Source of the DNA: an uncultured Bacteroidales bacterium
GTDB lineage: Bacteria > Bacteroidota > Bacteroidia > Bacteroidales > UBA932
NCBI GenBank assembly: GCA_944326365.1
Contig: CALVDR010000007.1
Span: forward strand, 10,037-74,036
Length of the DNA: 64,000 bases
Direction: 5' to 3'
Below the pieces are notes generated by a model that had not been told where the DNA came from, made no database searches, and saw only the letters and a list, made by a program, of their open reading frames with translations. Positions 50,349 through 60,668 of this stretch are shown here, piece after piece; the stretch's first letter is position 1; each line of letters opens with the position of its first letter. Position numbers and translations under genes: made by a program.

Positions 50349-52700
50349 TCAGCCTTTCATAGCGGCTCTTGTGCATTTTCCGTCTTTGTCAGGAACGATG
50401 TACAGCCTTCTGTCCGACTCGGTTCCTGCCGGACTTTCCGGTGCGCTCCCGTCAGCGATGATGAATTCGGATACAGGGTCTTCTATGTACTTCTGGATGG
50501 CCCTTTTCAGCGGCCTGGCCCCGTATGCCGGATCGAAACCTGCGTCCAGCACTATCTTCTTCGCTGCGGATGTGATGGTGAGCCTGTAGCCTGCGGCCGC
50601 CACTCTTTCCCTAAGATCTTTCAGTTCTATCTCTATGATCTTGCCGATGTCTTCCCGGCTCAGTGAATTGAAGAAGATCTGCTCGTCTATCCTGTTCAGG
50701 AATTCGGGAGGGAAGAGTCTCTTTATGGATTTTTCGAGGATGTTTTTCCGTTTTTCCTCGATAGATCCGGCCGATGTGGCGAATCCCAGGCCTGAGCCGA
50801 ATTCGTCCATTTCTCGGCTGCCTACATTGGACGTCATGATCAGTATGGTATTTCTGAAGTCCACTGTCCTGCCGTTGCTGTCTGTCAGCCGGCCTTCGTC
50901 CAGAACCTGAAGCAGGAGGTTGAAGATGTCAGGATGTGCCTTTTCGATTTCATCCAGAAGTACTACGCAGTACGGTTTCCGTCTGACACGTTCGCTGAGC
51001 TGCCCGCCTTCTTCAAAACCGACATAGCCCGGAGGTGCGCCTATCAGTTTGGATGCGGTGAATTTCTCCATGTATTCGCTCATGTCTATCCTGACCATGC
51101 TGTCTTCCGAGTCGAAGAGGTATTCCGCCAGTGATTTGGCAAGCTGGGTCTTTCCTACTCCGGTGGGACCGAAGAAAAGGAAAGATCCTATCGGTCTGTG
51201 CGGGTCCTTGATGCCTGCACGGTTCCTTCTGATGGCTTTTACTACCTTTTCTATGGCCTCATCCTGCCCTACGACGTGTTCTTTCAGCCTGTCTTCCATT
51301 TTTATGAGCCTGGTCCGTTCGGAGGAGGCTACCTTGAATACAGGTATTCCTGTCATGGTGGATATGACTGCCGCGATGTCTTCTTCCGTGACTTTCGGCA
51401 GGTCTCCGGCCTTTTTCTCCGGATGCCTGAGCCTTACCATGGAACCTGCCTCGTCCATCACGTCTATGGCTTTGTCCGGGAGGCATCTGTCGGTGATGTA
51501 GCGGTCTGACAGTTTCACACAGGCTTCCAGAGCTTCATCGGTATAGCTTACCAGGTGGAAGAATTCGTATTTCATCTGCAGGAGCTTCAGTATTTTCATG
51601 GTCTGCGGGATGTCTGTCGGCTCTACCATTATTTTCTGGAACCTGCGGTCCAATGCACCGTCTTTTTCCACTATCTTCCTGAATTCGTCCATGGTGGTGG
51701 CTCCGATGCAGTGGATTTCCCCTCTGGCGAGTGCCGGTTTCAGTATATTGGCAGCGTCCAGGCTGCCTCCTGCCCCTCCTGCACCCACGATAGTGTGGAA
51801 CTCGTCTATGAAGAGTATGATGTCGGGATCATTGCTGATTTCGTTTATGATGGCTTTCAGCCTCTTTTCGAAGTCTCCCCTGAATTTGGTTCCGGCGACT
51901 ATGGATGCTATGTCCAGCGAAATTATCCTTTTCCCAAGCAGGGCAGGGGTGGTGTCTCCGTTGGCTATCCTCAGGGCTATGGCTTCCACGATGGCGGATT
52001 TGCCTACACCAGGATCGCCCACGAGCATCGGATTGTTCTTTTTCCTTCTGCCGAGAATCTGGATGACCCTTTCAATTTCAGGTTCGCGTCCGGAGACGGG
52101 ATCGAGTTTCCCGTCCATGGCTGCCCTGGTGAGATCATAGCCGTATTTTTCCAGGACGGAAGATTCTTCGGCATGCTGTTCTTTTGTTTCGGAGTCGCCC
52201 CTGGATGATTCCGGCCCGCCTGTCTCGTCATGCCGCTCCTGGTTTTCCGCCCTGGAGAAGAGTCCGGCAGCCTCCATGTAGTTCCGGACACAGTCGTAGT
52301 CTATCCCTCTGTCGTTCAGCCAGGTCTGGCCGAATCCGCTGACAGAACTTCTGAGCAGGGCGAGCAGCAGATGCTCCGGGCGTACTATGTCCGATCCTGC
52401 CTTGGTGGCTTCGAATATTGTGATGCTCAGGATGTTGTATGCTCCTCTCGAAAGAGATACCTTCCCGAATTCGGAAAAAGGTATGTATTTGTCTGTCCTG
52501 ATATTCTCGTCTATGGATTGCTTGAGTGCATCAAGGTCCAGACCGAGTCCCTGCAGGGATTCTGCCGCGGCATTTTCCCGGTGTCTGATTATGCCCAGGA
52601 AAAGGTGGTCGGGGGAAATGCCGTAGCTTCCCGTCCTCATCGCCTCGTCCCTGGCGAAATTTATGATTATGTTCAGTTCTCCTGATATCTTTATTTCCAT
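50349..52700 (-). CDS. clpC: ATP-dependent Clp protease ATP-binding subunit (ClpC/ClpA type, two AAA+ modules)
   Basis: 783 aa. Clp_N repeats, Walker A GDPGVGKS and GPTGVGKT, and the ClpB/ClpA signature RFQKIMV. No long M-domain. Confidence 0.9.
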   Translation of the reverse strand: MEIKISGELNIIINFARDEAMRTGSYGISPDHLFLGIIRHRENAAAESLQGLGLDLDALKQSIDENIRTDKYIPFSEFGKVSLSRGAYNILSITIFEATKAGSDIVRPEHLLLALLRSSVSGFGQTWLNDRGIDYDCVRNYMEAAGLFSRAENQERHDETGGPESSRGDSETKEQHAEESSVLEKYGYDLTRAAMDGKLDPVSGREPEIERVIQILGRRKKNNPMLVGDPGVGKSAIVEAIALRIANGDTTPALLGKRIISLDIASIVAGTKFRGDFEKRLKAIINEISNDPDIILFIDEFHTIVGAGGAGGSLDAANILKPALARGEIHCIGATTMDEFRKIVEKDGALDRRFQKIMVEPTDIPQTMKILKLLQMKYEFFHLVSYTDEALEACVKLSDRYITDRCLPDKAIDVMDEAGSMVRLRHPEKKAGDLPKVTEEDIAAVISTMTGIPVFKVASSERTRLIKMEDRLKEHVVGQDEAIEKVVKAIRRNRAGIKDPHRPIGSFLFFGPTGVGKTQLAKSLAEYLFDSEDSMVRIDMSEYMEKFTASKLIGAPPGYVGFEEGGQLSERVRRKPYCVVLLDEIEKAHPDIFNLLLQVLDEGRLTDSNGRTVDFRNTILIMTSNVGSREMDEFGSGLGFATSAGSIEEKRKNILEKSIKRLFPPEFLNRIDEQIFFNSLSREDIGKIIEIELKDLRERVAAAGYRLTITSAAKKIVLDAGFDPAYGARPLKRAIQKYIEDPVSEFIIADGSAPESPAGTESDRRLYIVPDKDGKCTRAAMKG

Positions 52701-52861
52701 TGGCCTCCCTGATTTTCGTGCAAAATTACAAAGAACCTATCGAAATACATTTATGTATGCTGAAAATTTTGTTATCTTTGCCGAATATGTCCGGACCGGG
52801 CGGGGAAGTATGACATTGCCGGAACCGGCACCGGGCAGAATGGAAATTCAGGAGAGTTTTT

Positions 52862-55441
52862 ATGGATAATGAAATTAATCAGATAGAGCCGGAGACTCCG
52901 GCAGGAAGGATCGAGACGGTCAATATCGACAGACAGATGCGCAGTTCGTATATCGACTATTCCATGTCTGTCATAGTGTCCAGGGCATTGCCTGATGTGA
53001 GGGACGGTATGAAACCGGTCCACAGAAGGGTGCTTTTCGGTATGACGGGACTCGGACTGAACTATTCCGGCCAGACGAAGAAATCTGCCAGAATAGTCGG
53101 TGAGGTGCTGGGTAAATATCATCCTCACGGTGACAGCAGCGTGTATGATGCTATGGTCAGGATGGCGCAGTCGTGGAGCATGAGATATCCTCTTGTTTTC
53201 GGCCAGGGAAACTTCGGTTCCATGGACGGCGACTCGCCTGCAGCCATGCGTTATACTGAGGCGAAACTCGAAAAGCTCGCCGAAGAAGTGATGGCAGATA
53301 TCGACAAGGATACAGTCGATTTCCAGAACAACTTCGACGATACCCTTCAGGAGCCTACCGTACTTCCTACCAAGGCTCCGCTCCTGCTGCTGAACGGTTC
53401 GTCTGGTATTGCGGTCGGTATGGCGACCAACATGGCTCCGCACAATCTGGGAGAGACCTGCGATGCCATCTGTGCGTACATCGACAACCCCGATATCACC
53501 ACCGATGAACTCATGCATTATATAAAGGGGCCTGATTTCCCTACGGGAGGTATCATCCAGGGACATCAGGGCATACGTGATGCGTTCGAGACAGGTCGCG
53601 GAAGGATAGTCATCAGATCCCGGACTGAAATCGAGGTGAGCGAATCCGGAAGGGAAACCATCGTGGTGACCGAAATCCCTTATATGGTGAACAAAAGGGA
53701 GCTTATCGAGAAAATAGTCGAACTGGTGGAGAACAAGAAAGTGGACGGTATCGTCTATGTGAACGACGAGACCACCAGGAAGGGAATGCGTATCGTCATC
53801 AAACTGAAGATCGGCGCGAACTCGAATGTGGTGCTGAATACCCTGTTCAAATACACTCCTCTGCAGTCCAGCTTCTCCGTGAACAATGTCGCTCTGGTGA
53901 ACGGACGTCCGAGAACCCTGAGCCTGAAGGACATGATCAAATACTTCGTCCGCCACAGGCATGATGTGGTGGTCCGCAGGACGAAATTCGATCTGGAGAA
54001 GGCGAAGAAACGTGCGCATATTCTGGAAGGTCTGCTGAAGGCTCTGGATGTCATCGACGAGATCATAAATATCATCAGGGCATCCCGCAGCGTGGATCAG
54101 GCGAAGTCCGAACTCATGGAAAGGTTCGCTTTCACCGAGGCTCAGGCTACCGCTATCGTGGAGATGAGACTCAGGCAGCTGACCGGACTCGAAAGGGAGA
54201 AGCTCCAGTCCGAATTTGACGAACTCATGAAGTTCATCAATTACTGTGAAGAGATACTCGCCAGCTATGACAAGCAGATGGGAGTCATCAAGGACGAACT
54301 TCAGGAACTCAAGCAGAAATACGGAGACCCGCGCAGGACTGAGATAGCACTGTCGGCGGAGGAATTCAACCCTGAGGATTTCTATCCGGACGAGGATGTG
54401 GTCATCACCATCTCGCATCTGGGATATATAAAGAGGACACCTCTTGCGGAATACAAGACACAGAACAGAGGCGGTGTCGGAATGAAAGGCAGCGCTACCA
54501 GAGACGAGGATTTCATAGAGTATATCTATGTAGCCAACATGCATAGCACCATGCTTCTTTTCACTAAGAACGGCAGATGCTTCTGGTTGAAAGTCTACGA
54601 AATTCCGGAGGGCACGAAGACATCGAAGGGCCGCGCCATCCAGAATGTCATCAATATAGAACCGGATGATACGGTGAAGGCTTTCATCAATGTCAGAAAC
54701 CTGAAGGATGAAGATTATATAAACAACAATTTCATTGTTCTCGTTACGAAGAAGGGTATCATCAAGAAGACTCTTCTGGAAGCATACTCACGTCCAAGGA
54801 CAAACGGTGTGAACGCCATTACCGTCAGGGACGGGGACGAGCTTCTCGAGGCTTCGATGACGAACGGACGCTGCCAGATTTTCCTGGCCGGCAGGAACGG
54901 CAACTGCGCACGGTTCGAGGAGACCGATGCCAGACCTCTCGGCAGGACGGCTTCCGGGGTGAAAGGTATCAATATCAGCGAGGACGATGAGGTCATCGGC
55001 ATGATCTGCCATGATCCGGAGGCTGAGGATGCCGCACGGCATACCATACTGGTAGTCAGCGAAAACGGCTACGGGAAACGTTCGGATTACGAGGAATACA
55101 GGCTTACCCACAGGGGCAGCAAGGGTGTCAGGACCCTGAATGTCACCGAGAAGACCGGCAAGCTCGTGGCCATCAAGGACGTAACGGACGACAATGACCT
55201 GATGATCATAAACCGTTCGGGGCTGACTATCAGAATGAACGTTTCCGATATAAGGGTAGCCGGCAGGGCCACCCAGGGCGTGCGTCTGATCAATATCAAG
55301 GAAGGCGATGCCATAGCAGCAGTTTCGGCAGTGAACAGGAGCGAGGAAGATTCTCCGGCAGACGGGACACAGGAGCAGCCTGTCATGCCTGATGCACCGG
55401 CTGCCGTACCTGACCAGACAGGGGAAACGGGGAATGAATAA
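52862..55441 (+). CDS. gyrA: DNA gyrase subunit A
   Basis: 859 aa. [33 protein letters not shown], active-site [11 protein letters not shown]-terminal beta-pinwheel repeats. Confidence 0.97.
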   Translation: MDNEINQIEPETPAGRIETVNIDRQMRSSYIDYSMSVIVSRALPDVRDGMKPVHRRVLFGMTGLGLNYSGQTKKSARIVGEVLGKYHPHGDSSVYDAMVRMAQSWSMRYPLVFGQGNFGSMDGDSPAAMRYTEAKLEKLAEEVMADIDKDTVDFQNNFDDTLQEPTVLPTKAPLLLLNGSSGIAVGMATNMAPHNLGETCDAICAYIDNPDITTDELMHYIKGPDFPTGGIIQGHQGIRDAFETGRGRIVIRSRTEIEVSESGRETIVVTEIPYMVNKRELIEKIVELVENKKVDGIVYVNDETTRKGMRIVIKLKIGANSNVVLNTLFKYTPLQSSFSVNNVALVNGRPRTLSLKDMIKYFVRHRHDVVVRRTKFDLEKAKKRAHILEGLLKALDVIDEIINIIRASRSVDQAKSELMERFAFTEAQATAIVEMRLRQLTGLEREKLQSEFDELMKFINYCEEILASYDKQMGVIKDELQELKQKYGDPRRTEIALSAEEFNPEDFYPDEDVVITISHLGYIKRTPLAEYKTQNRGGVGMKGSATRDEDFIEYIYVANMHSTMLLFTKNGRCFWLKVYEIPEGTKTSKGRAIQNVINIEPDDTVKAFINVRNLKDEDYINNNFIVLVTKKGIIKKTLLEAYSRPRTNGVNAITVRDGDELLEASMTNGRCQIFLAGRNGNCARFEETDARPLGRTASGVKGINISEDDEVIGMICHDPEAEDAARHTILVVSENGYGKRSDYEEYRLTHRGSKGVRTLNVTEKTGKLVAIKDVTDDNDLMIINRSGLTIRMNVSDIRVAGRATQGVRLINIKEGDAIAAVSAVNRSEEDSPADGTQEQPVMPDAPAAVPDQTGETGNE

Positions 55442-55477
55442 ACATGACTAAATAATCATTTTAATTACAGATCAGTT

Positions 55478-56791
55478 ATGAAACGTATTTTTATAGCATT
55501 GGCTATTCTTCTGACTGTCCAGATGGCTGATGCGCAGGTAAAGTCACCTGCAGACGCGAAAAAGGCTGTGGAGGCTGCCCAGGCAGCTACTGAAAATCCA
55601 AAGAAGGCTGCCAAGCCTGCTACATGGCTGAAACTCGCCGGATCATATATGGATGCTTACAGCGCACCTATGGGAAACGGCTGGATCGGTGCAAACAAGC
55701 AGGAGCTTACCTTCCTTATGGGCAATGACAAGCCGTCATCGACCCAGACTGTCACACTGGCCGGAGAGCCTTATACGAAGGAGGCATACAGCACCATGAA
55801 CTATTATTTCAATGCAAACCAGCAGCTGGCTATCATAGAAGTGACCAAACCTGTGTATGAGGATGCTCTCGACCAGGCTCTGAAAGCATACAAGGAAGCC
55901 GAAAAGGTAGATGCAAAAGGCAGCAAGACAAAGGATATCGATGCCGGAATCAAGAATGTCGCAGCCAAGTATATGGAACTGGGCATGAACGACTATATGT
56001 TCGGTGACTACAAGGGCGCTTCCGAGAACTTCGAGAAATCAGTAAATGCAGGTGCGGAGGCGCCGAATCCTGTCATCGATACCATGACTATCTACAATGC
56101 GGGCTTTACTGCATGGATGGCGCAGGATCTGGCAAAGGCAGAGACTTTCTTCCTCAGGTGTGCCGAACTCGGCTATGCGGAGGACGGTGAAGTCTATGCA
56201 AAGCTCGGTGACATTTACTCAAAACTTGACAACAAGGAAAAGTCAAAAAGCATCCTTGAAGAAGGATTCTCAAAATATCCGGCAAACCAGAGCATCATCA
56301 TCGGTCTGATCAACTACTACATCGAGAGCGGCGAGCAGCCTGACGAACTCTTCGCGCTCCTGGATGTGGCCAAGAAGAACGAACCGAACAACGCATCACT
56401 CTACTATGTAGAGGGTGATATCCACAACAAGCTCGGACACAAGGAAGAAGCCAAGGCAGCTTATCTGAAGTCAAACGAAATCAATCCGGAGTATGAATTC
56501 GGTCTCATCGGTCTGGGCATCATGTATTACAATGAAGCCCTCGAACTTCAGGAAAAGGCCTCTACGGAATTCGACAACGCCAAGTATGAAGCTATCATTG
56601 TGGAATTCGAAGCCGCTCTGAAGAATGCCATCGATCCGTTCGAGAAAGCTTTCAATATCTCGAAGGACAATGAGATCAAGGTCAGCATCGCCGAGTATCT
56701 GAAGAATATCTATTACCGTTTCCGTGATCAGGATCCTAAGTACATGGAAGGGTACCAGAAATATTCCAGCATAGTGGAAAACGGTCTTTAG
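55478..56791 (+). CDS. tetratricopeptide-repeat protein, secreted
   Basis: 437 aa. Signal peptide and repeated A/Y/L-rich TPR-like helices. Lies immediately after gyrA. Confidence 0.7.
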   Translation: MKRIFIALAILLTVQMADAQVKSPADAKKAVEAAQAATENPKKAAKPATWLKLAGSYMDAYSAPMGNGWIGANKQELTFLMGNDKPSSTQTVTLAGEPYTKEAYSTMNYYFNANQQLAIIEVTKPVYEDALDQALKAYKEAEKVDAKGSKTKDIDAGIKNVAAKYMELGMNDYMFGDYKGASENFEKSVNAGAEAPNPVIDTMTIYNAGFTAWMAQDLAKAETFFLRCAELGYAEDGEVYAKLGDIYSKLDNKEKSKSILEEGFSKYPANQSIIIGLINYYIESGEQPDELFALLDVAKKNEPNNASLYYVEGDIHNKLGHKEEAKAAYLKSNEINPEYEFGLIGLGIMYYNEALELQEKASTEFDNAKYEAIIVEFEAALKNAIDPFEKAFNISKDNEIKVSIAEYLKNIYYRFRDQDPKYMEGYQKYSSIVENGL

Positions 56792-56842
56792 TATATGAAG
56801 GGGACACCTGTTTGTGAAAGGCAGTGAGTCCTTACATACCTG

Positions 56843-56882
56843 AAGAGGGTGGGTCAAAAGTGCTCTTTTGACCCACCCTCTT
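56843..56882. terminator. bidirectional intrinsic terminator
   Basis: Perfect 18-bp stem AAGAGGGTGGGTCAAAAG / CTTTTGACCCACCCTCTT with loop TGCT. Lies between the convergent TPR and phoH genes and overlaps the phoH stop codon. Confidence 0.75.
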
Positions 56883-57822
56883 ATTTCTCTGCAGTTTCGA
56901 AAGCCTTCACTATCTTGCTTACCAGAGGATGCCGGACGATATCTTCCGGACGGAAGAAAATGCAGCTGACGCCCTTGATGTCCTTTACGAGGTTTATTCC
57001 GCGCATCAGTCCCGACTCTTTCCTGTCAGGCAGGTCAATCTGGCTTGCATCACCGGTGACAATGAACTTTGCATCGCAGCCCATCCTGGTCAGGAACATT
57101 TTCAGCTGCCCCATATTCGTGTTCTGGGCTTCGTCCAGTATCACACACGCCTTGTCCAGAGTCCGCCCCCTCATGTATGCCAACGGGGCTATCTGCACTA
57201 TGCCTTCCGCCATGAAATCATCCAGTCTTTTGGCGGGGATCATATCGCGCAGTGCATCGTACAGCGGCTGGAGATAAGGGTCCAGTTTGTCTTTCAGGTC
57301 GCCGGGCAGAAATCCCAGCCTTTCCCCGGCCTCCACCGCAGGCCTGGTAAGGATAATCCGCTTTATTTCCCTGTGTTTCAACGCTCTCACAGCGAGTGCT
57401 ATGGCTATGTATGTCTTTCCTGTTCCGGCCGGACCCACCGCGAAAATCAGGTCGTTTTCGAAATAAGCCCTGACCATTTCCTCCTGAGTCTTGTTCCTGG
57501 CCCTTATCGGCTTGCCGTCGAGACCGTGGACTATGACGGAATCTCCCAGCGGAATGAATCTGTCCGGCATCTTTTCACCGTCAAACAGGTCTTCCACATC
57601 ATAGGGAGTCAGGTTCCGCTTGTGCAGCCTTCTGTCTATGAGCTGCCGGATTTTTTCCTCGAACCGTTCACAGTCATTTTCCGAGCCCTCAAGTATGATT
57701 TCATCACCCCTTGCCACTACTCTCAGCTGAGGAAACCATCCGCACAGTGCCTCCAGCACCCTGTTTCCCGCCCCGTATATTTCAACAGGGTCCATGTTCT
57801 CCAGTTTTACCGTTTTCTTCAT
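56881..57822 (-). CDS. phoH: PhoH-family ATPase
   Basis: Start at ATG 57822 (MKKTVKLENMDP), directly after the capA-like stop. Walker A GPAGTGKTYIA, and ILDEAQN. Confidence 0.9.
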   Translation of the reverse strand: MKKTVKLENMDPVEIYGAGNRVLEALCGWFPQLRVVARGDEIILEGSENDCERFEEKIRQLIDRRLHKRNLTPYDVEDLFDGEKMPDRFIPLGDSVIVHGLDGKPIRARNKTQEEMVRAYFENDLIFAVGPAGTGKTYIAIALAVRALKHREIKRIILTRPAVEAGERLGFLPGDLKDKLDPYLQPLYDALRDMIPAKRLDDFMAEGIVQIAPLAYMRGRTLDKACVILDEAQNTNMGQLKMFLTRMGCDAKFIVTGDASQIDLPDRKESGLMRGINLVKDIKGVSCIFFRPEDIVRHPLVSKIVKAFETAEK

Positions 57823-57824
57823 CT

Positions 57825-58985
57825 TTAGTCCTCTATGCCTGTCAATGCTTTGATATTCAAATAAGTATTTACCATTTTCCTGTATTCGTAAGGCTGACGC
57901 CAATATTTTTCCTTCCCTATGTAATCTTTCACCTTGACGGTGCAATGCCTGTCTTTCAGCCGTCCCGGCAATGAAGACCAAAGGAAGACATACTCCGGTA
58001 TAATGTCGGAAACGCTTCCCCAGCAGTCTCTTGCGACATGCACGTTCAGCAGAAGTCCGATCTGGGTGTTTGCCGCACTCATGTTCGAGATGGCATTGCC
58101 GAGGGAATATATTACAGGCACCTTTCTCGGATTGCCGCCAGCATCGGTGACTTCAAGCATGTCCGTATCCTGGACCACATGCGGATGCGAGCCCACAATC
58201 AGGTCTGCGCCATTGGCGGCCAGCCACCTCGCCAGTTCCTCCTGGGAAGGGGCATGCGAGGTTTCATATTCATTGCCCCAGTGGGGCAGTGCTATGGTCA
58301 GTCCGGCTCCCGAATTTTCGGCTTTTGTCAGGGCCTTGCCGATTTCCGTCCGGTCCGTAAGGTTCGTTCCAGGCCATCGTTTGTGCGGGACGGCGTTGGT
58401 CCCGTAGGTGAAATTTATGATGGCGATTTTCAGTCCGTCGACATTCATCAGCAAAGGATAGTTCGCATCCGAAGAATCGGCATTTTCGGCACTTCCTGTC
58501 ATCTTTATCCCGAATTCGCGTTCGAGTCTGCGGTACGTGGCAAGCGTTCTCAGGAGACCTTTTTCGCCTTTGTCCAGAATATGGTTGTTCGCTGTCAGGA
58601 AAATGTCCACACCGCATTCCGCCATGTATTCGGCATAGGCATCAGGGGCGCTGAATGACGGATAGCCGGTGTACGGTTCGCCTGCCAGTGTGAATTCCAT
58701 GTTGGCCACAGCCAGGTCGGCATCGTCCAGATCCACGGTGATGCCGGAAAAATATCCTGAAAAGTCGTATGTGCCGTTTCCTCTGTATGCACCGTCGATC
58801 TGTGCCTGGTGCAGCATCACGTCTCCTATGAAGGAAACAGTGATCGTGTCGTAATCCCTGTCCGCAGGGCAGGCATTTACGGCTTGCTGCAGGAGCGCCT
58901 TGTCATTCACATTCCCTTCGGCATGGGCAAGGGCTGGAAGGACCGTAAGGATGGCCGGCAGAACGGCATATGTCCTATTTTTCAT
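57825..58985 (-). CDS. CapA-family metallophosphoesterase-like protein
   Basis: 386 aa. Signal peptide, SFIGDVMLH, LTANNHILDKG, LPHWGNEY, GSHPHVVQ. Confidence 0.8.
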   Translation of the reverse strand: MKNRTYAVLPAILTVLPALAHAEGNVNDKALLQQAVNACPADRDYDTITVSFIGDVMLHQAQIDGAYRGNGTYDFSGYFSGITVDLDDADLAVANMEFTLAGEPYTGYPSFSAPDAYAEYMAECGVDIFLTANNHILDKGEKGLLRTLATYRRLEREFGIKMTGSAENADSSDANYPLLMNVDGLKIAIINFTYGTNAVPHKRWPGTNLTDRTEIGKALTKAENSGAGLTIALPHWGNEYETSHAPSQEELARWLAANGADLIVGSHPHVVQDTDMLEVTDAGGNPRKVPVIYSLGNAISNMSAANTQIGLLLNVHVARDCWGSVSDIIPEYVFLWSSLPGRLKDRHCTVKVKDYIGKEKYWRQPYEYRKMVNTYLNIKALTGIED

Positions 58986-60345
58986 CAGGGTCGTCTTTCT
59001 GAGGTTCAGCCTTGAATTCGTATAATGTCACATTCTGTGTGTTCAGCCTGATTTTCAGCCAGTTCGTCAGACGTGATTTCTCACTTTCATCCAGCGGGGC
59101 CGAAGTCTTGACTACTGCCAGCAGTCCGTCGTGCCTGTCGAAATCACTGACAGCCACTTCGGCGCCCCTTGCCACGAACATGGAAACGATGGACGGATAC
59201 TGGTTTACGGCTTCCCTGGTGATCTGTTCGAACGGTATTTCACTTGAATGCAGCATCTTGAGCTCGTCTTCCAGTTTCTTTATTTCCGCTTCCCTGCGTG
59301 TGATTTCGCTGTCTGTCCTTTCGTATATGCCTTTCAATATCTCACCTTCGTCCGTGCCTTCCACCAGCGCATGCTCCTTTATGATCACCTGCTCCGGTTT
59401 CAGACCGAATTCTTTTGCGGACTCCAGAAAATTGTTCTTTTCGGACGCTGACAGCGGTTCTCCCGTGAAATACACTTCCACTTTCGACCCGTTTCTGTGT
59501 TCCACCTTGTAGTCCATGATATAGCCTGAATACAGGTTCTTGTTAGTGTTGATGAATTCAGCCACGGTTTCGTTGAAGGTGTTTTCACGAATCATCACGA
59601 TGGCGGACCAGATGCTCGGCACTATGACTATCACGGTCACGACGGTGATAAGACGTCTGGCACGCTTGCCGGACTTTTCATCCTTGTATTCGTGCTGCTC
59701 GAACTTCATGTATTTGACTGTCAGATATGTGGCCAGAATTATGAAGATGCAATTTATGGTGAACAGGTACAGGGCGCCGATGAAATACATCAGGTTCCCG
59801 TTCGCGAGTCCGAAACCTGCCGTGCACAACGGCGGCATGAGGGCCGTGGCGATGGCGACTCCGGAGAACACCGTGCCTTTCTCCTTTCTGCTCAGTTCGA
59901 AGATCCCGGCAAAGCCGCCGAAAAGGGCTATGAGTACGTCGTATATGGTAGGGTTTGTCCTGGCAAGCAGTTCCGTCGGGTTCGAAAGGTTCAGCGGTGT
60001 GATCAGGAAGTACAGGAGAGAAGCCACAAGGCTTATCCCCATCATCACCAGTATGTTCTTGAGCGAGGATTTCAGTAGTCCGGTGTCGTTTATGCCGAGT
60101 CCGAGTCCTATGCCGAATATCGGGCCCAGAAGAGGGGATATGAGCATGGCGCCTATGATCACGGGAATCGAATTCACATTCAGGCCTACGGATGCTATGA
60201 TTATGGAAAATACGAGAATCCATACATTCGGCCCTCTGAAATAGATGCTGTTTCTGATGTTCGTTTCGGCGGCTGCCGTGTCTATGTGGTCGGACAGGTT
60301 CGCTATGGCGCCGACCTGTTCTTTCAAATTCTTCCAGAATGACAT
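58975..60345 (-). CDS. DUF389-family membrane protein
   Basis: 456 aa. IGAMLISPLLGPIFGIGLGLGIND and ALMPPLCTAGFGLA repeats of the DUF389 hydrophobic domain, with a soluble coiled C-terminal region. Confidence 0.7.
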   Translation of the reverse strand: MSFWKNLKEQVGAIANLSDHIDTAAAETNIRNSIYFRGPNVWILVFSIIIASVGLNVNSIPVIIGAMLISPLLGPIFGIGLGLGINDTGLLKSSLKNILVMMGISLVASLLYFLITPLNLSNPTELLARTNPTIYDVLIALFGGFAGIFELSRKEKGTVFSGVAIATALMPPLCTAGFGLANGNLMYFIGALYLFTINCIFIILATYLTVKYMKFEQHEYKDEKSGKRARRLITVVTVIVIVPSIWSAIVMIRENTFNETVAEFINTNKNLYSGYIMDYKVEHRNGSKVEVYFTGEPLSASEKNNFLESAKEFGLKPEQVIIKEHALVEGTDEGEILKGIYERTDSEITRREAEIKKLEDELKMLHSSEIPFEQITREAVNQYPSIVSMFVARGAEVAVSDFDRHDGLLAVVKTSAPLDESEKSRLTNWLKIRLNTQNVTLYEFKAEPQKDDPDEK

Positions 60346-60390
60346 ATCGAAAAATATGAATGTTCAGAAAACAAATATACGCACTTTTAT

Positions 60391-60421
60391 TTTGAGCAGG
60401 TGCAATAAATGGTTAAATTTG
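60391..60421 (+). promoter_or_regulatory. consensus-like Bacteroides promoter upstream of repeat copy 2
   Basis: TTTG (60391-60394), 19 nt, then TAAATTTG (60414-60421). The predicted start is about 60427-60430, roughly 30 nt before the repeat element and roughly 240 nt before the ATG at 60669. Confidence 0.45.
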
Positions 60422-60455
60422 CAGGAATACGCCAATACAATGTAATATAATAATA

Positions 60456-60661
60456 TTGAGTTCGATGAAAAGAACATAGTGAATTTCAGAGAACTACCTC
60501 TTATAGAGGATTCGTTTTACGAATCCGGCAGTAAGTTCTCCCCTCGATAGGGGAGAATTTAAGAGGGGAGACACGTAGACAAAAGAGAGATTTCGAAGAA
60601 ATCGTAACGTCAGTTCGACGAAGTCTCTGATACTAAGTAGAATAATTCGTCGAACTGACGT
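60456..60661. repeat. ~205-nt hairpin-rich repeat element, copy 2
   Basis: Same orientation as copy 1. Hairpins: CCTCT-tat-AGAGG (60497-60509), GGATTCG-tttta-CGAATCC (60508-60526), TTCTCCCCT-cgat-AGGGGAGAA (60536-60557), GATTTC-gaa-GAAATC (60589-60603). Perfect 16-bp stem 60607-60622 / 60646-60661. Confidence 0.8.
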
Positions 60662-60668
60662 GAGTATA

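Noticed and set aside
50207-50362. Small ORF interpreted as a lanthipeptide precursor
   Set aside because: The FDLEL box is suggestive, but only six residues follow it and there is no Cys. No LanB, LanC, LanM or ABC-peptidase gene lies in the window. I kept it only as a low-interest small-ORF observation.
52772-54544. 590-aa ORF antisense to gyrA
   Set aside because: gyrA on the plus strand is unambiguous. The antisense product has skewed His/Arg/Asp composition and no motif, so it is a shadow ORF.
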